From Podarcis liolepis (taxonomy: Eukaryota), in the NCBI GenBank assembly GCA_965112155.1, contig OZ218098.1: a stretch of DNA of 64,000 nucleotides; one strand, given 5' to 3'. The translations under genes and the position numbers were made by a program. Numbering within the stretch: the stretch's first letter is position 1; the number at the start of each line of letters is the position of its first letter. The notes below the pieces were generated by a model. It was not told where the DNA came from. It did not search any database and saw nothing but the letters and a program-made list of their open reading frames with translations. Below, in pieces: positions 25,501 to 35,685 of the stretch.

Positions 25501-28500
25501 GGGCAGGTGCAACTACCGAGAAGGCCCTCTGCATGGTTCCCTGTAGCTTCACTTCTTGCAATGAGGGAACCGCCAGAAGGCCCTCGGAGCCGGACCTCAG
25601 TGTCTGGGTTGAATGATGGGGGCGGAGACGCTCCTTCAGGTATACTGGACCAAGGGTGTTTAGGGCTTTAAAGGTCAGCATCAAGACTTCGAATTGTGCT
25701 CAGAAATGTACCAGGAGCCAATGGAGGTCTTTCAGAACCAGTGTTAAATGGCCTGGTGGCCACTCCCAGTCACTAATCTGACAGCCGCATTCTGGATTAG
25801 TTGTAGTTTCCCAGTCACCTTCAAAGGTAGCCCTGCGCAGAGTGCATTGCCGTAGTCCAAGTGGGAGATAACCAGAGCATGTACCACTCTGGCGAGACAG
25901 TGCACAGGCAGGCAGGGTCTCAGCTGGCATACCAGATGGAGCTGGTAGAAAGCTACCCTGGACACAGAATAATATATTGTTATATATACATTAATATTAT
26001 TTTATTTTAGTGCATGGTTTAATTTTCTTAATTTCTCCATGGGACAAGCAGAGTTTAGAAAGGTTCCAACAAATTAGTAGATTCTGTGGAACAGGTGATG
26101 GGAATGAATCTTTGCTTCAGTTGTGATTGATGAGCAGTTTATAGAGCATTCATGTGCAACACCCTCAACCCTGTGGAAAGACCAGAGAAAATATACATCT
26201 TGTTTTTCTTTATTTTGTCTCATTATATACTGTTTATGACCACTTGCCTCCTGTTTTGCTGGGGGTTCACAATATTTTTTGCATTCTTGTTTGTATATAT
26301 TATCTAAAACTTCAATAAAAATATTAAAACAACAAGCCATAATCACCTGTGCATACTACATCTCTACTGAAAACTCTGCAGAACCAAGTCAGAATCTTGT
26401 CTCCCCAAGCAGAATAAAAGAGGATTTCCTCCTAGAGGTGTAAAGTATGGGGTATAAAACTCCCTCCAAAAATGGAGAGGATAAGAAAGGAGTCGGTTGC
26501 CAGTTAGGCTGCAGTGCTTGGCCAATTAATTCACAAGGCTGATGGATTAAAACACATTTCTGATAGGCTAAAAAAAGGACTCCATGATTAATCACACTAA
26601 AAAAAAGTTAATCATTTTAAAATAATGAAGGTTAATTATTTTTAAAAGAAAGAAGATGCATTTCTCCTCTGTTGTCTCAGCCACATGAGTGAAAATATCT
26701 TCTAATATGGGACTTGCAATATACAATAATGCACATAAATATATTTCTTTTTAAGGATGCTTTCCCTGCTTTCAGAATTTTTTTATTTCCTCATTTACAT
26801 AGAACAAATCAATTAATTAACTAAGCATGTCTAACTAAACTACTATGTCTACTCGGAAGCAAATCATATGGAATTCAATGGAGTTTACTCCCAGGTGAGA
26901 CGGTTTTGGATTAGAACAACAATCCTACTTTTCAACGTCGGCAAGAAAGACTGATGTGAAGGAAACGCTCCCTGGGCTCAGATAAACTGTGGTTTTCAGC
27001 GCCAAAGAGCAAGGAATTCTTGCACAATGTAATGCTTTCTCCCTCTCCTCCCCTTTGCACACCCCCTAAATCTGTTCTGGGTGTTCCCCTCAACCCTCTG
27101 GATCAGATTTGGGGATGGCACAGCGGGGCGGGAATCCTATTGCACTAGCACAAGTATTTGGCTGATTTCTGCCTGTCACATATCTTATATCACAGATTCG
27201 GGGATTCCTGTGTTCAAAGGGCTAAACCCTGATTCATACTAAGCCCTGAAAGACACCCTGAGTATTAGCCCATCAATGACAGTCATGCCGAGAGAGATTC
27301 CACCCAACTGAGCCTCCCACCTGTCACCCTTTGCACTGCAGCACCTTCTAACTTTCCTGTACCAAACTCTTCCTCTGATGTAGGGGTGTAAGGCTGTAGG
27401 GATGGAGTTTTCCCCAGCGCGTCCCAGGATCAGGAGGGAACTGGAGATGCCCCTCCAGCAGTAGATCCTCTCTCTTGGCTATCCCAAATTCTCCAAGTAA
27501 CCCCTGCCGGCTGGTCTCAGGATGCCACTGCATACAGGACTGACACAAACACTGAGCTAGGGACAGCGTCACATACAACTCATTGATGGAAAGCAGACAC
27601 TGTTGGGGCCCCGACAGTCCCAACTGCACTTGCCAATTGCAGTTATAAAAGCATGTGTGTGGAAGGCAGAGGAGATGAGAACAGGAGCATATGTGAAAGG
27701 AGGACGCTGGAGAAGCCAGGCAGCCTTCCTTCCAGATTTCACTGGCTCATAGGATCAGAGGGAACCCAAAGACCAGTCCATAGTAAGCAGGTGCTACTCA
27801 CATCTCACACCAAACCCTCTACCCTGCTTTTAGCTCCTACCATGGAAATCAGTGTCTGGCAAAGAGGAAGAGCCAGGATTACTGCAGAGCAGGCAACTAG
27901 ATCCCTCGAGCAACCGAGACAAGTCACAAGGTGGAGACCCCAAATCACTCCTCAGTCTTATCTGGGAGGACATCATCTTGCAACCCCAAACATTGCGTAA
28001 CGTCTCTCCCTCTGCCATACCTGAAGTATCATCCATCAGCTGATTTTCTTGAAAAGACATATCTATTGGCTCAAGCTTTTCCTGAATCCCTGATTCTATA
28101 ATAACTGTTTTCCTGGGTTGCTGTTTTTTTAATGTTCTATCTGTTTTTAGGACACTGTCTAATTTTCTATTTTGTGGATTTCTGTACACTGTTTAGAGGT
28201 TTTTAAATATTAAGCAGCCTAGAAATGCTTTTAATCAATCAATCAATCAATCAATCAAATATAAAAACTGCTTTTAATTAATTCCAGATTAGCCCATCCT
28301 CAGTGGAAAATTTATTGGACAGTTTATCTCCAGCCCCAACATTCTCTTCCCTGTCTTTTAAGATACTGGGGCAAAGGGCACTCTGCCCCAAGCGATGCTG
28401 AAAAAGAAGCTACAAAATATCTGAAGAGGTGATCCAGTGCGTGAGGAAGAACACCAGGAGGAGGATTAAGGTGCATAAACACAGTCAGTAATTTTCGTGA

Positions 28501-29452
28501 GAAAAGCATGTCCCGAGGATAAGGCGGGTCACAGGGTGCAGCAGTTGGGATACTGAATCTTGGGGAAGGGTAGGTGCAAGTGCCTGTTTTGTAAACCAGA
28601 GCGGCACTGGGCCTCAGATATGACTAGATATCTAACCGCTGTACAACGTTTATTTAAACCACCTTATTTTATGCCGGATCATCTGATGTGGACGCCTTTA
28701 CAGCGCAGATCAGATGCTGGGGGCGGTTCTGCATATGCGTTCTGCATATGCTTAGGATCAGGCTCCTCTGTAGATTGCTCCTTGTAGTTTAGGGTTGAAA
28801 TGCGGGCAGATTTGAGCACAAATGCCAGATCTGATCTGGGTCCTGGCACCATGGAACAGGAGGAAATAGGAAGCCTGGGGTGGGATGGGCGCAAGCCAAT
28901 ATGTTCTCTGCTGGGAGTGGTCGCCCACGGGGCGCGCGTGGCCTGAGGATGCGGCATTCACTCACCCACGTAGAGGCTGTCGCGACTCCGGCACCGGCGC
29001 GGGCTGACGTTGAAGTCGACATAGAAGAGCAGGAGCGGGTGGCCGAAGTTGGCGCCCGGGGTGGGGTCCAGCACGAGGATGGCGTCTTGCGCGGAGGGCG
29101 CGCCGGTGGGGCGCAGCGGGCTGCCGCTCTGGTTGCGGCCGGCCACGAAGGGCGGAGCGCCGGGCCTGTCTCCCCAGCCGTCGGGCAGCAGCGCCCGCAC
29201 CTTGTGGCCCGGGCGGGCGGGCTCGGAGACATAGACGGCGGGCCCGGGCCCCTGGGAAAGGCGCGCCAGGCGCTGGCACTGCGGCCGCGGCAAGAGCCCG
29301 CCGCGCTCGGGACACTGCGCCGCCGCCACGTGCCGAAGCGCCGCCGCCGCCCAGCGCGCCACCCGCGCCTCGGAGAAGCGGTTCCCCGACGGGGCGGCCG
29401 CGCACGGCCAAGCGAGGGAGGCAGCGGCCAGCGCCAACAGCAGCGGGGCCAT
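17703..29452 (-). CDS. Uncharacterised secreted 544-aa protein with Cys-rich N-terminal region and degenerate C13/legumain-like (clan CD) peptidase domain; 7 exons
   Basis: Exons (- strand) 29452-28966, 25379-25173, 24208-24038, 23048-22917, 21489-21317, 19385-19119, 17900-17703. All introns GT-AG, phases 1,1,1,1,0,0; total 1635 nt = 544 aa + TGA, with no internal stop. Strong Kozak gccgccccATGG in a CpG island; signal peptide MAPLLLALAAASLAWPCAAA; AATAAA about 540 nt after the stop. Confidence 0.88.
19119..19385 (-). CDS. Novel gene exon 6 (ADPKERYPISELLADLESCNARRVLLFLDQSYPG...QCLLQHLLP)
   Basis: acag/gtaagt; 267 nt, phase 0-0. Confidence 0.85.
21317..21489 (-). CDS. Novel gene exon 5 (VTVEMGDVHPATEK...DSLVLYLNSPAASDGTMLLWDANRNGI)
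   Basis: acag/gtaagt; 173 nt, phase 1-0. Confidence 0.86.
22476..22550. repeat. (CT)n(GT)n compound microsatellite
   Basis: direct reading. Confidence 0.9.
22917..23048 (-). CDS. Novel gene exon 4 (GGWQEQVTYPHHAQNLLLFYQMLRRNGFRQEHIKAFFASEGQAS)
   Basis: ccag/gtacca; 132 nt; C13-like first helix. Confidence 0.86.
23180..23350 (+). mobile_element. tRNA-derived SINE (Squam3-like); related copies at ~12755-12880, ~18900-19040, ~40400-40570 (-), ~43560-43700 (-)
   Basis: A-box TAGCTCAGTAG, B-box GGTTCAATCCC, followed by a non-tRNA body. Confidence 0.65.
24038..24208 (-). CDS. Novel gene exon 3 (DLRGYSPCP...CELNKNTRRC...CRMYQTCDHAVLIA)
   Basis: ccag/gtgaga; 171 nt, phase 1-1. Confidence 0.86.
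24860..25010 (-). mobile_element. MIR-like / L2-tailed SINE fragment
   Basis: GTGACTGGCCCAAGGTCAC..GGATTTGAACC core. Confidence 0.55.
25173..25379 (-). CDS. Novel gene exon 2 (GYECLIPAQRSRCENQLKRR...RIRREE...LQRLNCV)
   Basis: gcag/gtaagt; 207 nt, phase 1-1. Confidence 0.83.
25424..25966 (-). mobile_element. L2/CR1-group LINE 3' fragment (degenerate RT C-terminus)
   Basis: Frameshifted peptides ARVVHALVISHLDYGNAL, LQLIQNAAVRLVTG, LKDLHWL, RAFSVVAPALWN. Confidence 0.8.
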
Positions 29453-29820
29453 GGGGCGGCTGGAGCCCTCGCCGTGCGCCCCGCAGCAGCTCCGCGCGCT
29501 CTGCCCGGCCAGCGGGGCTCCGAGTCCCCGCCCTGCCCCGACAGGAGGAGGAGGAGAGACGGAGGTGGCTGCGGGTGGGGGGGAGCCAAGGACTGCGTCC
29601 CTCCCAGCCCCGCGTCCCCTTTTGCTGCTTCCTGGGCAGCTCCTATTGCCCCACCCTGCTGCCCCTGCTGCTTCTCTCCGACGGGGCGGCTCGTTCCTCT
29701 CCCGGCGCCCTCGTCTGCTGTCCACACGGAGAACGACAAGAATCCACCAGGACAGATTTAGACCCCCCCCCCCAGTTGGGCGCCTGCGGGTCAAGAGGAA
29801 GGAGGCAACGCGAGGAAAGG
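28900..29820. promoter_or_regulatory. CpG island over the promoter and first exon of the novel gene
   Basis: Very high GC and CpG density; GC-box-like element near 29527. Confidence 0.8.
28966..29452 (-). CDS. Novel gene exon 1 (signal peptide ... DPTPGANFGHPLLLFYVDFNV...DSLYV)
   Basis: ATG at 29452; donor gtgagt; GC-rich open frame. Confidence 0.85.
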
Positions 29821-30899
29821 CATAGTTATTTTTCAGATTTCTAAACTGCCCAGCCCTGAAAAATGTACAGCAACAATGAAGAAAAGGACCTCCAAACATG
29901 TGGAGAGTGTGTTTGTCATCATTAACCATCGGTAGGACATGGATGGACACCCAGGAGAGTTATCCAGGTCGACCTCTCCCCACACAAAAAGGAGAGTCGA
30001 TGTCTTACGCAACAATTCGCACCTGGCCCGTTGAATTTTCGAGGGTTTATATCTGAGTAGAAGTGGTAAGGCTTGGGCTGTTAGTGTGGCTTTCCTGTTT
30101 CCCGTTCCAATTAATGGAAACATCGTTCCAAGGGGCACAGAACTCTTGAGCATAAGCTCAGTGCGAAGACTGTCTCCAGCTCACACCCGGAGGGGCGAGA
30201 CCCGTGTTACTAACTTCCCTCATATTAAACCTGAATTGAAATAATCCACGTTCACAGCCGGTATATATTGAACACTGCGCTTCTGAAGGCAACAACGGCC
30301 TCTTTCATGAATGAATGAAGGTGAGCATGACTTGGACGGAGGCGCGCCCTGTGCTGGGGAAAACCGAATTATTTGGGTTGCCGAAAGAGCTCTCCCGACT
30401 TCATCCCCCGACGCTGAACTGTTCCGTACATTGCCCGGTCCCTCTCTCGCTGTTATTGCAGCCCGTGGCCCGACGGGGCGGGAAGAAGGCGGCTGCCCCA
30501 GAGTGCGCGTGCGCACTCGTGTTTTTGTTATCTGCAGGCTTAATTGGGAGCTGCTGCTGCGGCTGCCTAAGAGCGTCATGCGCCGACCTGGACTCCCTAC
30601 GATGGCAGCAATAGAGCCCTCCCCTCGGTTGCAGGCCCCACGTTGGACGCCTTCTGACCCGAGTGCAAACCCACGCGTGTTTACTCGGAAGTAAGTCCCA
30701 CTGTGTCCCAAAGAACATCAGTGTGGCAGATAGGGCCGGCCGTGGGGCCAGAGTCCAATGCTCTGAAGCTTGAGGGGAGGGAGGACAAATGACCATCCCA
30801 AGAGTGGCAGATGGGGGAGCGTCAAATAGGCCTGGCATCAGCATCTTGGACGGAAAGGAGCACGATGGAGCCCAACAGGACTCATGCTGGTTATACTCT

Positions 30900-31097
30900 C
30901 GAACTCAGAACGCAAGGGAGAAACGTGCTAAGAAGCTTGGCAAATCCACACCTGATCAACTCCCGCCGGGAAACCAATGTCCCCACTGTGGAAGGACGTG
31001 TGGATCCAGAATTGGCCTCCACAGTCACGGACTCATTGGTAAAACCATGTTTATGGAAGACAATCTTACTCAGCTATGAGTGATCGCCAAAGAAAGA
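30900..31097 (+). mobile_element. RTE-clade LINE 3' end
   Basis: C-terminal zinc-knuckle CPHCGRTCGSRIGLHSH followed by a short 3' UTR. Confidence 0.7.
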
Positions 31098-34000
31098 CAG
31101 GATCCTTTTGTTCTTCATACAGAAAGATAAGGGACTGCAGGCTGGGCGTGCACATGGTTACAGATGCTTGGCTCATTATTATTATTATTCTTTAAAAACA
31201 CATTATCCCTTTCTTCAACAAAATGCTACTTATTCATGCAGGAATGTGCTTACCACCTGAGAAACAGAAGCGACACCTATTTTATACTTGTAGTCATGAT
31301 AGTGCTATGATTTGAGTTTAAAATGTGAATTTTTTAATAAAAAAATTGGAGTTATCAAACTCTCTCGCGTAGGGCATCCAGGAATGTAGCCATTGTAAAG
31401 CATGGAATTAAGAGCAGTGTGCAAGAGAGGGGGAGAAATGTTTATTTCTGTTGTGAGGAGTACATTAACACTTTGTTGCAGCACTGCTGGCTGCTGGGGG
31501 GGGGGCATTACCAAAAGTAGAACCTCGCTTTCAGAAATTGAAGGTCACCTCCAGAAATCAATAGACCAAGAGCATTTCAGCTTGACAGAACATCACAGCA
31601 CAAAGGGCAATTAGGATGCAACAGGGCTGGATTTTTTTAAAGTATCAAACTCTGGTTTTTTGTTGTTTAGAAAATAACAAGTGCAGCAATGCCTCTGAAG
31701 TTAATTGGTCTATTGCAAAGTGCAATGAACTTTCCTACCACAAATGCAATAAACCACTTAGCCTCTAAAGTGAGTTGAAGTGTGTGTGCCCCCCCCCCAT
31801 TTCTTTCTTTTCACAGCAAGAGATTACCACTGATAACTGATTTCTCAGTATTTAAAATAAAGATTAGCGGCCGTTGTTTCTGGTACAACAGAAATCAAAT
31901 TATTGCTCATTAACTTAAGCATTGGATTTGAAATGTCCAGTGTTACAGTAATCAGAGTTGACCCTGTCTTCCCTTGATCTTTAATTCTCACCTTGTGATG
32001 TTGAGAAACCCGTGTGTGTTTATAAGCTTATCACCTTCTGCCTCTATTTAAGTAATCTGGGACAGTTGTTGGCCTAGGAAATTAGAACAATTCTGCAACC
32101 AACTTGAAAGTCCCTATAATTGAGACGATCTCTGTCCTTCCTGTTGGTTCAAGTAGCAATTTTTCACAATGGTTGCTGCTGCTGTTGCCACCAACATCCT
32201 ATGACTCGGTCCAGTAAGTCCAGGAGAGGCCCTGCATTCAGTCACAGAATTCCTGCATGTTCCATTCACAAGTACTGAAGTAATGTGCTGAGAGCTGGAT
32301 GTCCCAGCAAGCAGAGCCAGGGTGGACAATTGTCAGGGATGGTGGGAACTGTAGTCAATAACATAGGGAGGGCTAAATATTATTATAGGATGAACACGCA
32401 AGCAGGATTTGAACCACGGGCAACAGAAGGGATTAAAGATTATAGTAGTTTTGTTAAGGTTCAAGAGACAGAAGACAGTGCAGCAGAGGGAGAGAAACAG
32501 AAACACCGTGGAAAAGTGGGTAGGAAGTTGGGAAAAATGGTTTTATTATGTGTTGAAATGCATGTGTGAAATTTTGGAAAACTTCAGAAAAAAAGAACAC
32601 ATGGAGGGCTACAGGTTATCTACCTATGACGTAAAGCTATAAGGGAAGTCAGATAGGCTTTTGGGTGCATAGGAGTCACCCCCCACTTCCTACAGTGAGG
32701 GGGCTTTGTAGATAATGCGATGTATGAATAGTGGTGCAAGTGAATCTGGCAGCATTAGGAAGTGCTGCATCAAGTGCCCAAATTCACCCCACTGCAAATA
32801 TGCACTTCCTTTATATACAGCACTGATGATGCACCTGACGTTAGTGTATGAATCGGACACCTCTCAACGCTTTAGGCGAATCATGCACCATTTATGATGC
32901 AGCCAGCCAAACACAGCCCATCAACTGCTTACGGCTGCCTCCCAAGCGTTCTGCAGCCTTCCATTTCTCCCATCTCAGGAAGGCAGGAAATATTCAGTCC
33001 TGTGAAGGTTTGCCTTGGATGGCAGGTGGGCTGGATTCAGCTTGGTGCCTGCCACGTCCTGAAGGCTTGTTTTAGCTCAAGGTCATTTTCTGTTCTCTAG
33101 GCAGATGCCCTAACTATGCTGCAAATGACAGCTGCTGGGACCATATCCCTGCATCCACCTGCTCCATCCTCAGATAACATTGCTACGCTGTTATAGTTGC
33201 TGTAAAATGTTCAAAGCTTACAACTAAGTTGCACCAAACACAATGGGCCAAATCCAACATTGCACTATTAAGAATGTTGTCAGATGGAGCAACCCCCCCC
33301 CCACTGTTATGGGGGTTCTCCTGACCACCTCCAGTGCTGATTTTTGGAGGCACAGGAAGGGAGTCCCATTGAGGAGAACTTCTCTTGAAGCGTTTCACTA
33401 GGTAAATCACACCCCCAGAGCTATGTAAGAAAGAAAACCAAACACAGCTGCCACCTGATATTTCAGGTGCACATCTATGTAGAAAACAAATATAAAAACA
33501 AAATATTGCATTGATGATTGTGGGCTTCCTACTGGATCCAGGGTTATCTAAGGCATGAGGAGCCAAGAGGTGCCATCCTAATCATCCATTTTCCAATTGC
33601 ATGCTATCCAACTATCTGAGCTATGCAATGTGTTCAGTTTCAAGTTATGAACATATACAACTCTACCACTGAAAGAGTATTGTGAGCTATTGCCCAAGTC
33701 CTGAATGAACCTCATTTTGCCCACTATGAGCCCTTGCTTATTAAATTTTAGAAGCCCCTAGCAGCCCGATCCTTCCCATGCCCTTTTGCTCAATTCTAAA
33801 ATTTTACTTTCAGATCAGCGTGCATCAGCCTTTAAGCAAAACATCTTCCTTAGTATCCATGCATGCATATAGAGAGAAGAAAAAGAGAGCAAGTCTGGTC
33901 TTTCAGCATATAATATTGGCTTGCATGACCAAAGGATTTGAACTAGGCTTTTAGGTTGCATAAAGGCTCTCTTTCACTGCAAATCAATTTATTTTATTTC

Positions 34001-35459
34001 TTTTGGCAACTGGATAATGTGCATGCTTGTTCTGGAAGTGTATGCACTTCAAAATGGAAACTTGATTAAAAAACAAACAACTAGAAAATGTTGTTACCAT
34101 AAATCATGACTTAAAAATTGCCTGGCGTGAAGTTAATCCCCCTGGACTAGTCTACATGCTTTGTCATGCTACTCCTGAGCAGCACAGGGAGACAGTATAC
34201 TAGAATTGCTATTCCCACTCCCAAATGCTGAGCTTTTTCTTAGAGAAAGCCAAACTCCTTCCCACCTACCCACCCACCCACAACCATCTGGAAAGGATGA
34301 ACGTATTGTGTGCTCTCCAGAAAAACAAAGAACATGAAAGCAAAGGACAAACTGGTTCTATCTGTGAGTTTATTGGCTCCCACCAGCTTTCCCACAATGC
34401 CTTGCCTTCACATCTTTCCTCCCACAACACTGGAGGTGATAATAGCAAAGGCACAGACTGCTGGATGATGCAGTGGCCCCTGCAGAGGGAGGGACTTTAA
34501 TAATTGCTGCACAGCATACAGCTGAAGCCCAAGGCTGTAAAAAACAAACATTTTCTTTTATACATCTGGTAGAAGACAGTGCCTGATCAAAGCATGCATC
34601 AGACAGAAGAAAGACATCCATGTGGTCACTGAGGTATGGGTGCAGCTTGGGGCCAGCCAGCTTTGCCAACATGCAGTCTAAGAGAAGCTGGCCGTCTACT
34701 GGAAGCGGAGATCTCCCTTCCCTAGCATTACAGGGCAGCCGGTGGACGATCGGTCGGTCAAGGCTGATCTTTGGCAGACGTTCGGAGAAGGGTGCTGGCA
34801 AAAACAGCCTTAGTCAGGAAACACAGAGAAGGGGAGAATCCTGACATGCCTTCTCAGCAGGGAAAGGGATTACATGGAACAGGCCCCAGAGACCTCGTCC
34901 TTTGCTCGCTGTGACTATCACGAATCCCGCCTCTTCCTGGAGGACTTGGGCATTGCATTGTGCTTCCCATGATTTGAATGTCCCTGCTGTTGCTTCTGAC
35001 GCAGCAGCAGTATTTGACAGAGAAACTGTGCAAGAGCAGCTTTAGAAAGACATCTCCTCACCCACAGCTTCCCCTAAACAGATAGGTAGCAAGAGGAAGC
35101 CCAGCAGCACCAAGAATAAGGTGGGGAGAAAGCTCTTTACAAAGCGTTTAGCACCACCTACTGTCCAGCTTTGGGACTGCCACAGGCTAAGAGAGTGGGG
35201 GCCTCTCTTTCAAACTCCCCACAGCTGTAAGACCTTCCCCTACACAGCTGGCAGTTTGAGGTTTAACCCGACTGATGCCAGTGCTGCCGGCCACTCCACT
35301 CCCCCTTTCCACTGCTGTGACCTATGCCAGCCACGGCTCCGGTGGAAAGACTGGGAACCCTACCCCAGGGCTACCACTTGCTCCATCCAGGCGGAGAAAT
35401 ACTGCCAGCTACCCCAGAAGGTGTCTGATGGTCACAGTGCAAGGTGACAGCTGTGTATC

Positions 35460-35462
<3 letters not shown>

Positions 35463-35501
<39 letters not shown>
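35463..35501. repeat. (GA)n microsatellite, probably in the ZFAND2B 3' UTR
   Basis: direct reading. Confidence 0.9.
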
Positions 35502-35504
<3 letters not shown>

Positions 35505-35646
35505 ACTATGAGGACCAGGCAGGGAGTTCAGCCTTTGGTTCATTGTTAGTAGTCCTGAGGGAGCGGCAGAAGGAGGTAACCCAGGTGGGGACAGAAGAAC
35601 CATGGTGACCAGGCACGATCCACGTGCTGATAGCATCTCATTGTGC

Positions 35647-35685
35647 TCAGGACAGACAGCAGTTGGAGGGCTTTGTGCTTCGAGC
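35647..35685 (-). CDS. ZFAND2B: ZFAND2B terminal exon (ARSTKPSNCCLS*, CAAX)
   Basis: ctag acceptor; matches the KPSNC..* end of AIRAPL. Confidence 0.88.
   Translation of the reverse strand, partial: ARSTKPSNCCLS

Noticed and set aside
28789-29761. Long overlapping ORFs (316 aa -, 293 aa +, 149 aa -) around the novel gene's exon 1
   Set aside because: By-products of a GC-rich CpG island with few stop codons; Arg/Pro/Ala/Gly-rich with no motifs. Only the frame starting MAPLLLAL splices in phase.
29453-29950. 166-codon in-frame extension upstream of the MAPLLL start
   Set aside because: It would bury the signal peptide. The 29452 ATG has a near-ideal Kozak and the extension is low-complexity, promoter-like sequence.
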